Origin: Candidatus Moraniibacteriota bacterium
GTDB lineage: Bacteria; Patescibacteriota; Minisyncoccia; Moranbacterales; UBA2206
Direction of reading: 5' to 3'
DNA length: 64,000 bases
NCBI GenBank assembly: GCA_963775955.1
Contig: CAVZKT010000003.1
Location: 14,805-78,804, forward strand
Position 1 is the stretch's first letter. Every line of letters starts with the position of its first letter. This document shows positions 1 through 8,865 of this stretch, in pieces. The position numbers and the translations under genes are program-made. The notes under the pieces are model-generated. The model searched no databases and was not told the DNA's origin. It was given only the letters and a program-made list of their open reading frames with translations.

Positions 1-2238
1 GTTTCGGCCGATCACTTGCATTCAGGGCATATTATGAGTTATTCCCAGGCGGAATTTGTCGTGCGCTATAAGCGCATGAAAGGCTTTAATGTTTTTTATC
101 CTATGGGTTTTGACGACAACGGACTGCCTACGGAAAGATTTGTGGAAAAAAAATACAAAGTGAACAAATCCAAAATCAGCCGCAGTGAATTTATAAAAAT
201 TTGCCTGGAGGAAACAAGGAAAGGCGCCGAGACGTATAAAAAACTCTGGACCGCTTTGGGAATTTCCGTTGACTGGTCAAAAACATATAGCACCATCAAT
301 GATCACTGCCGCAGAATTTCTCAGCAGTCATTCGTGGATTTGTATAAAAAGAATCTTGTTTACAAGGCAAAAAAGCCGGCTTTGTGGTGCACAACTTGCC
401 AAACAGCCATCTCGCAAGCCGATCTGGAAGCTGAAGAAAAAGAAAGCGAGCTGGTTTATATTAAAGCTAAAACAGAAACTGGGGAAGATTTAGTTTTTGC
501 CACGACCCGTCCGGAGTTGCTGCCGGCCTGCATGGGAATTTCAGTGCATCCAGACGACGCGCGGTATAAAAAGCTGATTGGCAAAAAAGTTATCATGCCG
601 ATTACCAACGCAGAAGTGGTTCTTTCGGCGGATGAGGCAACAGACATTAATTTCGGATCAGGCGTGGTTTATTATTGCAGTTATGGCGGAGGAGAGTGCA
701 TTGAATGGCTTGAGCGCCATTCGGAAGCCAAAACAACAAACCTGATTCTGGCTTATGGAAAAATTTCCGAGAGTGGCGGAAAATATGCGGGACAGACAGT
801 TTTAGAAGCGCGCAAAAACATAGTTGAGGACTTAAAAAAAATCGGTGCGCTGGAAAAAATTGAGCCGATCAAACACAGCGTCTATGTCCATGAGCGCTGC
901 CAGACAGATGTGGAATATATCGAAACCGACCAGTGGTTTGTAAAACTCTTGGACAAAAAAGACGAATTTTTAAAGCGCGGAGAGGAATTCAAATGGTTTC
1001 CGCAAAGGATGGCCAAAAATTACGCGGATTGGGTAAGCGGCCTCAAATGGGACTGGTGTATTTCGCGCCAAAGATATTACGGCGTGCCTTTTCCGGTTTG
1101 GTATTGCAAAAAATGCGGAGGAATCATCCTGGCCGAAGAAAAAGATCTGCCAATTGATCCCTTGGAAATAATGCCGGCCGGCAAAAAATGCTCAAAATGC
1201 GGCGGGAGCGAATTTATTCCGGAAACAGACGTAATGGATACTTGGATGACATCGTCGCTCACGCCGGTTATCGCGGCGAAATTATTCACGGACGAAAAGA
1301 TACAGCAAAAACTATATCCGATGTCACTTCGTCCGCAGGCATTTGAGATAATCCGGACCTGGCTTTTCTATACAGTCGTAAAATCTCATTATCACGACAA
1401 ACAGCTTCCATTCCGCGACGTGATGATTTCCGGCCATGGCCTGGACGAAAAAGGCAAAAAAATTTCCAAACGGCTGGGCAACTACGCCGAACCGGGAAAA
1501 ATAATCAACCAATATGGCGCTGACGCCCTGCGGTATTGGGCGACGGGCGCGACTTTGGGAGAGAATATGCGCTGGAGCGAGGATGAGGTGAAAATGGGTA
1601 AAAAAACCATCAATAAACTGTGGAATGTTTTTAAATTTTCTCTGTTGCATTTGGAAAACTTTAACCCGGGCAGCGCGGAAAATGAACCGGAGCCGGCCGA
1701 CAAATGGATTCTTAATGAATTGCATGAAACGGTTAAAATCGCAGAAAAAAGTTTTGAAGAATATGAATATTCCAAAGCTAAAAATAACATAGAAACATTT
1801 TTTTGGAATGCTTTCACTGATAATTATCTGGAATTTATAAAATACCGCCTTTATGACGAAGACAAAACGTCTGCGTCTTATCGGACTGCCCGCGAAACTT
1901 TGTATGCTTGTTTAAGCGCGATCGTTAAATTGTATGCTCCGATTATGCCTTTTATTACAGAAGAAATATACCAAGCTCTTTTTAAAAATTTTGAGAAAGC
2001 CAAGAGCATCCACATTTCCAGCTGGCCCGAGGCGCAAGAATCCTGGAAGGCTGCCGATGAGTTTAAGGCGGAATTTTCTGCGGTTTTGGAAGCCATTGGT
2101 CAGATAAGAAAATATAAGTCCAAACAGAATATTTCTCTGGGCAAGGAAATCGACGAATTTAAAATTTCTGCAAAAATCAACCTGGAAAAATATGGGAACT
2201 TTATTCAACGGGCAGCCAGGGTTAAAAAACTTGTATAG
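1..2238 (+). CDS. valS: Valine--tRNA ligase (class I aaRS), 5' end cut by window edge
   Basis: The ORF is open to position 1; the track start at 16 is an internal TTG. Translated motifs: HSGH (HIGH box), GFDDNGLPTE, WCTTCQTAISQADLE, WDWCISRQRYYGVPFP, KISKRLGN (KMSKS box). Val rather than Ile/Leu rests on my recall of archaeal-type ValRS motifs. Confidence 0.75.
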   Translation, partial: VSADHLHSGHIMSYSQAEFVVRYKRMKGFNVFYPMGFDDNGLPTERFVEKKYKVNKSKISRSEFIKICLEETRKGAETYKKLWTALGISVDWSKTYSTINDHCRRISQQSFVDLYKKNLVYKAKKPALWCTTCQTAISQADLEAEEKESELVYIKAKTETGEDLVFATTRPELLPACMGISVHPDDARYKKLIGKKVIMPITNAEVVLSADEATDINFGSGVVYYCSYGGGECIEWLERHSEAKTTNLILAYGKISESGGKYAGQTVLEARKNIVEDLKKIGALEKIEPIKHSVYVHERCQTDVEYIETDQWFVKLLDKKDEFLKRGEEFKWFPQRMAKNYADWVSGLKWDWCISRQRYYGVPFPVWYCKKCGGIILAEEKDLPIDPLEIMPAGKKCSKCGGSEFIPETDVMDTWMTSSLTPVIAAKLFTDEKIQQKLYPMSLRPQAFEIIRTWLFYTVVKSHYHDKQLPFRDVMISGHGLDEKGKKISKRLGNYAEPGKIINQYGADALRYWATGATLGENMRWSEDEVKMGKKTINKLWNVFKFSLLHLENFNPGSAENEPEPADKWILNELHETVKIAEKSFEEYEYSKAKNNIETFFWNAFTDNYLEFIKYRLYDEDKTSASYRTARETLYACLSAIVKLYAPIMPFITEEIYQALFKNFEKAKSIHISSWPEAQESWKAADEFKAEFSAVLEAIGQIRKYKSKQNISLGKEIDEFKISAKINLEKYGNFIQRAARVKKLV

Positions 2239-2271
2239 CGCTTCATTTTAGGCATTTTAAGCCGTTTTCAT

Positions 2272-2300
2272 TTGACAAAACGCTTTTTTTAGCTTATGAT
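2272..2300 (+). promoter_or_regulatory. Sigma70-like promoter upstream of rnpB
   Basis: TTGACA (2272-2277), 17-nt spacer, TATGAT (2295-2300). Confidence 0.6.
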
Positions 2301-2330
2301 AAAGAGTGTATTTTAATAATTTAAACCCAA

Positions 2331-2772
2331 GATTTATCAAGGTGAATCGGGCAATTACGGCGCTTCAAAAAAGCGTCGAGGAAAGTCCGGACATCCCCTG
2401 TGTTTTTACATTAGGGAAAAGGGTAATGGATAACGTCCATCGGGTGCGCTGCAAGGCGTATCAAGGGAAAGCGCCACAGAGACAATACTACTCCGGCATT
2501 TTGCCGGGGGAAGCGTGAAAAGTATGCCGGTGTTTGTTCGCTTTATCAGCTGATTAGCGAAATTAAGCTACGGTATTTGTTAACTAGCGATAGTTAATTA
2601 TGGTAAGCCCTGCCTGATGCAAGGCCGTACTCCGGCGCAAGTCGGAGGGTGCCGCTAGAGGTTATTAGCAATAATAATCCCAGATAAATTATTGCCGCAG
2701 TTTTGTATTTTTGACTAACGTCGGAGACAAAATTGGCACAGAATCCGGCTTATAGATTTGCCTTGATAAATT
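2331..2772 (+). ncRNA. rnpB: RNase P RNA (bacterial type)
   Basis: Conserved P4 strands GAGGAAAGTCCGGAC (2378-2392) and ACAGAATCCGGCTTA (2738-2752). Closing P1 helix: TTTATCAAGGTGAATC (2333-2348) pairs with GATTTGCCTTGATAAA (2755-2770, two G-U pairs). Track ORF 2306-2518 lies inside it. Ends are approximate. Confidence 0.9.
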
Positions 2773-2797
2773 TTTGGTTTAAAGTAACGCGCATTTT

Positions 2798-4213
2798 ATG
2801 AAGAAATCGGAATTATTTTTCAGCGCCATCCAGGTTCCCATTGATATCATAATGATTTTTCTAGCCGCACTCACGGCTTTTGTTGTTCGTAATGTGCCAG
2901 AAGTCTTGGCGCTGCAGCCCAAACTTTATAATTATCCGTTGGAAAGCTACGTAAAAATTGTGGCGCTGGTGGTTCCGCTTTTCATCATAATTTATGCGAT
3001 TGAAGGCCTGTATGATATCCGGTCAACGCGAAAATTTTGGAAGGAAGCGCTGAAGGTTTTTACTGCAACTTCCATCGGACTGGTTATTATTATCGTAGCA
3101 ATTTTTTTGAAACGGGAATGGTTTTCTTCCCGTTTTATTATTTTAGCGGCGTGGTTTTTGGCAGTAACCTACGTCGTCTTTGCCCGCTATCTTTTGCAGC
3201 TTTTGCAAAAATGGCTTTTGGCTTCGCGGGGCACGGGAGTTCATCGCGTTTTACTTATCGGACGCAACGGTAAGATAGATGTTTTTGCGAAATTAATCCG
3301 CCGGGATAAAAAACTGGGATACAGAATCGTAGATCAAATTGAAACAGCGCATCTCAAAGTTGTCAAAAAAATAAAGGAAGAAAAAGGGATTGATGAAATA
3401 ATTATTTGCGAACCGTCAATAACCGACGATGAACAGGAAAAACTTATTGATTTTTGCGCCATAAATAACATTACATATAAATTTATTCCGACAACGCTGC
3501 AAACTTCCAAAATTACCATTGGAGTTTTGGATGGCGAACCGCTTTTTGAGGTGAAAAACACGCCACTTGAAGGCTGGGGCAGGATTTTAAAGAGAACTTT
3601 TGACATAGCAGCCTCGCTTTTCGGAGTAATTATCACTTCTCCCATAACGATTTTAACCGCTGTCGCGATAAAACTGGACAGTCCAGGTCCGGTGATTTAT
3701 AAAAACGAACGGATTGGCGACAACGGCAAAAAATTTTTTGTTTATAAATTCAGATATATGAAATGGGATTATTGCGTTACCAAAGAAAATCCCAACTTGG
3801 ATGCAGCGCTAAATGTTGAAAATAATTTAATTCAAAAACAGAGCGTGCGTCAGGGTCCGCTCTATAAAATAAAACGGGATCCCAGAAAAACGCGCGTCGG
3901 CAATTTTATTGAAAAGTATTCCATTGACGAACTGCCGCAATTTTTCAATGTCCTTTTTGGTTCAATGAGCATGGTCGGACCCAGGCCGCATCAAAAACGC
4001 GAAGTGGAAAAATATATGGATTATCACCGCCGGCTTCTGACTATCAAGCCGGGTGTGACCGGCATGGCGCAAGTTTCCGGCCGATCAGATCTGGATTTTG
4101 AAGATGAATACCGCTTGGACTTATACTATATCGAAAACTGGTCGCTTCCTTTGGATATTTTAATCTGCCTTAAAACCATCGGCGTGCTGTTCCGGAAAAG
4201 GAGAAATTTATAG
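2798..4213 (+). CDS. Polyprenyl-phosphate sugar phosphotransferase (WbaP/large PGT-type bacterial sugar transferase)
   Basis: Motifs: N-terminal TM helices, RILKRTFDIAASL, SPGPVIYKNERIG, FFVYKFRYM, DELPQFFNVLFGSMSMVGPRPH, PGVTGMAQVSGRSDL, YIENWSLPLDI. Confidence 0.9.
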   Translation: MKKSELFFSAIQVPIDIIMIFLAALTAFVVRNVPEVLALQPKLYNYPLESYVKIVALVVPLFIIIYAIEGLYDIRSTRKFWKEALKVFTATSIGLVIIIVAIFLKREWFSSRFIILAAWFLAVTYVVFARYLLQLLQKWLLASRGTGVHRVLLIGRNGKIDVFAKLIRRDKKLGYRIVDQIETAHLKVVKKIKEEKGIDEIIICEPSITDDEQEKLIDFCAINNITYKFIPTTLQTSKITIGVLDGEPLFEVKNTPLEGWGRILKRTFDIAASLFGVIITSPITILTAVAIKLDSPGPVIYKNERIGDNGKKFFVYKFRYMKWDYCVTKENPNLDAALNVENNLIQKQSVRQGPLYKIKRDPRKTRVGNFIEKYSIDELPQFFNVLFGSMSMVGPRPHQKREVEKYMDYHRRLLTIKPGVTGMAQVSGRSDLDFEDEYRLDLYYIENWSLPLDILICLKTIGVLFRKRRNL

Positions 4214-4214
4214 A

Positions 4215-4254
4215 TCCCGGTTAAATAGTTTTGCTTCGCAAAAATTTAACGGGA
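4215..4254. repeat. Compact hairpin related to the ACCCCGTTAGA inverted-repeat family
   Basis: TCCCGGTTAAAT...ATTTAACGGGA arms enclose an inner TTTTGC-TTC-GCAAAA stem, giving about 17 bp with small bulges. It lies between the stop at 4213 and the next gene. No T-run follows. Confidence 0.6.
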
Positions 4255-4263
4255 CAAGAAAAT

Positions 4264-4860
4264 ATGGATGCGTTGGGCGCTGTATTGAATTTTATAGAAG
4301 AACATCGGTATCTTGGGTATCTTGTTTTGTTTTTGGGCATGATAGTTGAGGGCGAAGTTTTACTGATGACTGCCGGAATCTTAGCCAATCTTAACGCTTT
4401 AAGTCTGGAAAGTGTTTTTGTGGCCGCGTTTTCAGGCGTGCTGGCTAATGATATAATTTGGTATCATATTGGGGTGTATCTTAAAAATAACCATGGCCAT
4501 CGCAATTTGCTTTTGCGCGCGGAACAAAAAGTAAAAAAGTTACTGCCCAGTGTGGAAAAAAGTCCCGCTTACGCGATTTTTATATCCAAGTTTGTAGCCG
4601 GACTCAATCATCCGACCCTCATAATTTTAGGATTTTTTAAAACAAATTTCAGGTATTTTATGAAATTGCAATTTTTTGCCTCTCTAGTTTGGACTCTGGT
4701 TTTTATTTCTCTGGGCTTTGCCTTTGGCCACGCAGCCATCAGTGTGAGCCGGAAAGTCCATGTGTTCATAATCTTCGCCATCCTGCTGATGGCTGCGGCC
4801 CTGTTGCTTGAGCGCGGCATCCGGTATATCGTAAATAAAAACGGCAATGGGTTGAAATAA
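4264..4860 (+). CDS. DedA/SNARE-associated family membrane protein
   Basis: Multi-TM protein with the DedA-like N-terminal pattern YLGYLVLFLGMIVEGEVLLMTAGILA. ATG 4264 is preferred over the track TTG 4231, which lies inside the hairpin. Confidence 0.6.
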   Translation: MDALGAVLNFIEEHRYLGYLVLFLGMIVEGEVLLMTAGILANLNALSLESVFVAAFSGVLANDIIWYHIGVYLKNNHGHRNLLLRAEQKVKKLLPSVEKSPAYAIFISKFVAGLNHPTLIILGFFKTNFRYFMKLQFFASLVWTLVFISLGFAFGHAAISVSRKVHVFIIFAILLMAAALLLERGIRYIVNKNGNGLK

Positions 4861-4967
4861 AGCATGGGCGGGACAAAAATGGCTTGAAACAAGCCTTTTT
4901 AATTTGCTTAAAAAGGGAAAGGAATGTATAATAGGGGCAGTAATCAGTGATTAGCAAGAGTAACTTT

Positions 4968-5702
4968 ATGGAAAAGGAAATTAAAATTAACACTAGAAAC
5001 GGCAAATATATTTATGGCAAACTGCAGGGCTCGCTCAAAAATCCGTTAATTATTTTTGTGCATGGCCTGACCGGCTATATGGACGAGCACATTTTTTATA
5101 ATGGTGCCCGTTTTTTTGAGAAAAAAGGTTTTTCTACTTTTCGTTTCAATCTGTATGACTATTGGGATAATGCCAGAAAATTACATGAATGCGACCTAAA
5201 AACGCACTCTGGCGACCTCAACCGGGTAGCAGAATATTTCCAACGCAAAAAAGTCGGCGACATTTATGCTATCGGCCACAGCTACGGCGGACCGACAATC
5301 CTGTTGTCAAAAACCAAAAAATACAAAGCACTCATCCTGTGGGATCCCAGCTTTCACCTCAAGGAGCTTTTTAAAAATAAAAAATATTCCAAAGAATTTA
5401 AGGGATATTTCAAAGAGTGGAGTTTGATGTTTTTTGTTGGCAGTAAGTTTGTGGCGGAAGCCGAAAGATTGGCGGACGCTTATTGGCGCCTAGTCGGGAA
5501 AAATAAAGCTCCAACCAAAGTCATTTTGGCAGGGAAAGGAAACGCGCAATTTCCCCAAAAACATAATTTTTTTGGCGCGCTGAATGATCCAAAAGAGATA
5601 ATTGAACTGAAGGGGGCCGGGCACACATTTAGTGAGGATGGGATGGAAGAAAAACTTTTTGCAGAAACCTTAAAGTGGCTTAATAAATATAGAAAAAAAT
5701 AA
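4968..5702 (+). CDS. Alpha/beta-fold hydrolase
   Basis: Nucleophile elbow GHSYGG, upstream oxyanion-like HGLTG, C-terminal GAGHTF. Extended -10 TGTATAAT at 4925-4932. ATG 4968 is in frame with track start 4947. Confidence 0.7.
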   Translation: MEKEIKINTRNGKYIYGKLQGSLKNPLIIFVHGLTGYMDEHIFYNGARFFEKKGFSTFRFNLYDYWDNARKLHECDLKTHSGDLNRVAEYFQRKKVGDIYAIGHSYGGPTILLSKTKKYKALILWDPSFHLKELFKNKKYSKEFKGYFKEWSLMFFVGSKFVAEAERLADAYWRLVGKNKAPTKVILAGKGNAQFPQKHNFFGALNDPKEIIELKGAGHTFSEDGMEEKLFAETLKWLNKYRKK

Positions 5703-5706
5703 ATTT

Positions 5707-5979
5707 ATGGACTATTTTATTGCATTATATTTCTTTGCTGGGATTTTGCAGGATTTTTTATTAACTTTGAATTGGCGTTATATTGCCAAACACAAAGTAG
5801 CGCCGGCAGTAGTCATGTCCTTTTTAGTGACAATTATTACTCTTCTAGTCATTTATGATATAATTTCAAGATTGGATAGCGACAGAAGTATATTAGCGAT
5901 TATCATATATGCAACCGGAGTCGCAACCGGAACATTTTTGGGAATGAAATTTAAATTCGGGATGGAAGATAAAAAATAG
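5707..5979 (+). CDS. Small 3-TM membrane protein (possibly DUF5698/UPF0316-like)
   Basis: 90-aa hydrophobic ORF. The family guess rests on weak pattern recall only. Confidence 0.4.
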   Translation: MDYFIALYFFAGILQDFLLTLNWRYIAKHKVAPAVVMSFLVTIITLLVIYDIISRLDSDRSILAIIIYATGVATGTFLGMKFKFGMEDKK

Positions 5980-5992
5980 AAAAAGGAAATTT

Positions 5993-6580
5993 ATGACCAA
6001 ATATATTTTACATGGCGGGGAAACGGGCGTTCCTAATATCCACAATAAGAAATTTTATCAGGAAATGTTCAGGGCAGCCAACGGCAAGCCGATTTTGGCC
6101 TGCTATTATTCCCGTCCCTATGCGGAATGGAAAGATCTGCTGGTTAGTGACAAACAAAGAATGAAAAAAGCGGTGGGCAAGAAAAAATTTAAGATTATAT
6201 GTGCTTCCAAAAATTCCGAGATATTTTTAAAGCAAATAAAAAAAGCTGAAGATATATATTTCAGGGGCGGCAAGACGAAAAAATTGAAAAAAAGGCTGCG
6301 CGGCATTCAAAAGCAGCTCAAAAAAGCTTTTGTCGGGAAAACAATACTTGGATCTTCGGCTGGCGCTTTATTTCTGGCCAGATATTATTATAGTCAAGGC
6401 GACACCAAGATTTTCAGGGGCTTCAATATTTTACCTATTAAAATCATAACCCACTATTTATCTAAGGATAGATACGCTCCGACTAGCGGCAAAGAAAAAT
6501 TGGAAATGCTGAAAAAGTACAAAGAAAAATTGCCAACTTACGCGATTTCTGAAACAGAATTCATAATCTTAAAAAAATAA
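5993..6580 (+). CDS. Peptidase S51 / type-1 glutamine-amidotransferase-like protein
   Basis: Motifs IYFRGGKT and ILGSSAGAL resemble the GGNT and SAG motifs of dipeptidase E-like proteins. Confidence 0.5.
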   Translation: MTKYILHGGETGVPNIHNKKFYQEMFRAANGKPILACYYSRPYAEWKDLLVSDKQRMKKAVGKKKFKIICASKNSEIFLKQIKKAEDIYFRGGKTKKLKKRLRGIQKQLKKAFVGKTILGSSAGALFLARYYYSQGDTKIFRGFNILPIKIITHYLSKDRYAPTSGKEKLEMLKKYKEKLPTYAISETEFIILKK

Positions 6581-6678
6581 TTACGCAATTAGTTACTTAC
6601 ATAAAAAACCTTAGTAGGGGATGAACTTACCAAAAACCAAGTCCTAAAAAATAATTAATACAAAAATCATCCTTAAAA

Positions 6679-6708
6679 CATCCTTACAAACTGGAGTTTG
6701 TAAGGATG
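6679..6708. promoter_or_regulatory. Palindromic operator-like site upstream of the ArsR-like gene
   Basis: CATCCTTACAAAC-TGGA-GTTTGTAAGGATG. The right arm overlaps a -35-like TTGTAA (6698-6703), 16 nt before the extended -10 TGGTAGAAT (6717-6725). Confidence 0.6.
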
Positions 6709-6752
6709 TAAAAATGTGGTAGAATAGACTAGGAAAAAATAATTCAAAAACT

Positions 6753-7061
6753 ATGTTGGCTAAAAAACACAAAGTTGAAAGAAAAATAAAATCTCCAAAG
6801 CAAATGGAACGACATTTAAAGGGCATGGCCAATCATTATCGTATTGAAATATTGATGATTATCGATAAAGACAAGAACATCACTTTGGATGGAATAATTG
6901 AGAAAATTGGTGCCAACTCTAAGACGATCGGGGAGCACACGCGAAAACTCCATCAAGCAGGGCTGGTCAATAAGAGATACCGCGGCAAATTTGTGGAGCA
7001 TGCGCTATCCCCATATGGTAAAAAATTTGTCCGGTTTCTCAAATCATTCCAGCGCATATAA
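6753..7061 (+). CDS. ArsR/SmtB-family winged-helix transcriptional regulator
   Basis: 102 aa. LKGMANHYRIEILMII...ITLDGIIEKIGANSKTIGEHTRKLHQAGLVNKRYRGKFVEHALSPYG fits the ArsR-type HTH plus wing pattern. No obvious metal-binding Cys motif. Confidence 0.75.
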   Translation: MLAKKHKVERKIKSPKQMERHLKGMANHYRIEILMIIDKDKNITLDGIIEKIGANSKTIGEHTRKLHQAGLVNKRYRGKFVEHALSPYGKKFVRFLKSFQRI

Positions 7062-7095
7062 ATCATCCTTACAAACTGGAGTTTGTAAGGATGAT
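7062..7095. promoter_or_regulatory. Second copy of the same palindrome (15-bp arms)
   Basis: ATCATCCTTACAAAC-TGGA-GTTTGTAAGGATGAT starts 1 nt after the regulator's stop. It ends 17 nt before the TATAAT of the extended -10 TGTATAAT (7111-7118). Confidence 0.6.
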
Positions 7096-7146
7096 TTATC
7101 ATTGTGAAGTTGTATAATTAACGAAATAAATAACAGTTTTATATTT

Positions 7147-8300
7147 ATGCGGATTGCTTTAGTCCACGATTATTTAGTCCAATGCGGGGGCGCTGAAAAA
7201 GTGCTGGAATGTTTTTGCGAACTCTACCCGCGCGCACCGATCTTCACTTTGATTTATGACGAAAAACTGACTGCATGGCATATTTTCCAAAAAAAATATC
7301 CACACTTCATTTTCTCCAAAAAATCCCTTTTTCAAAAACGCGCCACCGAATTTTTCCGCCGCTTATGGCGATGGCAATTGAGCAGTTTGATTTTTCAAAT
7401 TACGACGTTGTGCTTTCGGATTCATCAAGCTTTGCCCATGGCATCATAACTTGTCCCGAGACGTTGCATATCTGCTATATGCACACGCCGATGCGCTATG
7501 CCTGGGATGATTGCCAAAAATATACCGAAGATTTTTATTTTCCAAAATTTATCAAAAAAATAGTTCCACTGTTCATGAATTATATCCGGGTGTGGGATCG
7601 AGTAAGTGCCGACCGTCCGGATGCGATTATCGCAAATTCCAAGTTTATTGCCAAGAGGATAAAAAAATATTATAAAAGAAATTCATGCGTAATCCATCCG
7701 CCGGTAAAAGTCAATGATTTTTTTGTGTCTGCCGGGTCTGGCGATTATTTTTTGTTGGTCGGAAGGCTGATGGCGTATAAAAGATTTGACATTGTTATTG
7801 AAGCGTTCAAAAAGCTGGGATGGAAGCTGAAAGTGATCGGGCGCGGCACTGAATTAAATCGACTGAAAAAAATAGCCGGATCCAATATTGAATTTTTAGG
7901 AAGAGTGGACGACGCGGAGTTGCGTGAATATTATTCAAAATGCGAGGCTTTCATTTTTCCGCAGGAAGAAGACTTCGGCATAACCGCTATTGAAGCCATG
8001 GCTTCCGGCCGGCCCATCATCGCGTATCGCGGCGGAGATATTCCCGAACATATGGAAGAGGGGAAAACCGGATTATTTTTTGATCACCAGAATGCTGAGT
8101 GTTTGATTGACGCGCTTCATAAATTCAATGAAAAAGATTTTGACCGTGCCTACATAAGATCAAAAGCCCTGGAATTTGACAAAGAAATTTTTAAGGCTAA
8201 AATAAAGGAATATATAGACAAAGCGTTAGCGCTTCATAATGAAAACCACAAGATTTATGGAACTAAAAGAATACATACATATCCTGAAAATGCACATTAA
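7147..8300 (+). CDS. GT4 (group 1) glycosyltransferase, one apparent frameshift
   Basis: The N-terminus MRIALVHDYLVQCGGAEKVLE (frame of 7147) continues in the frame of 7275 as KKISTLHFLQKIP...AIEQFDF...EEDFGITAIEAMASGRPIIAY. The frame switch falls at or before the A8 run at about 7289-7296. Confidence 0.8.
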
Positions 8301-8862
8301 AGCCTTTATTTTAACGGTAATTTTGGTTTTAATTGGGGGTGTTTTGTATTTTTCCTTGCGGCCGGTCATGTATAGCGCGTCTCTTACGCTGAATATAACC
8401 CGCAGTGGCACCCAGGAAACGGCTGATTACAAATATGATGATTTCTACCGCCTGCAGGCCGACGAAAAATTCGCGGAAACCGTAGTGGAGTGGCTCAAAA
8501 GCCCGCGCACAGTCGCTGACATTTATTTTAATTCTGACATTGATGCCAACCAATTCAGCTTGGGAAAATTGGAAAAAAGCCTGCGCTCGGAAAAACTTTC
8601 CTCGCAGATTGTTTCGGTTAAGTTTTCATCTGACACGCCGGAAAAGGCCAGAAAGATTGCTGGTTCAATCAGCCAGGTTATTACAAAAAATATTGAGAGC
8701 CTTAATTTAAATCAAAAAGAAAAAAATTGGTTTGAGATTGTCGCGCAAGATCCGATAATCACCCAAAATATCCTGGACTTTTGGATTGTCGCGCTGGCAT
8801 TTTTGGCAATCGGCATTTTTTTGGGGTTTTGGACAATTTTGCTTATTCATTATTTGAAATAA
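8257..8862 (+). CDS. Wzz-like polysaccharide chain-length determinant family protein
   Basis: N-terminal TM, a soluble segment of about 150 aa, and a C-terminal TM. The start motif MELKEYIHILKMHIKAF is typical of short Wzz/YveK-like proteins. ATG 8257 is in frame with track start 8239. Confidence 0.55.
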   Translation: MELKEYIHILKMHIKAFILTVILVLIGGVLYFSLRPVMYSASLTLNITRSGTQETADYKYDDFYRLQADEKFAETVVEWLKSPRTVADIYFNSDIDANQFSLGKLEKSLRSEKLSSQIVSVKFSSDTPEKARKIAGSISQVITKNIESLNLNQKEKNWFEIVAQDPIITQNILDFWIVALAFLAIGIFLGFWTILLIHYLK

Positions 8863-8865
8863 AAT

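Noticed and set aside
2306-2518. Track ORF of 70 aa
   Set aside because: It lies entirely within the RNase P RNA, between the conserved P4 strands and inside the P1-closed structure. It is not coding.
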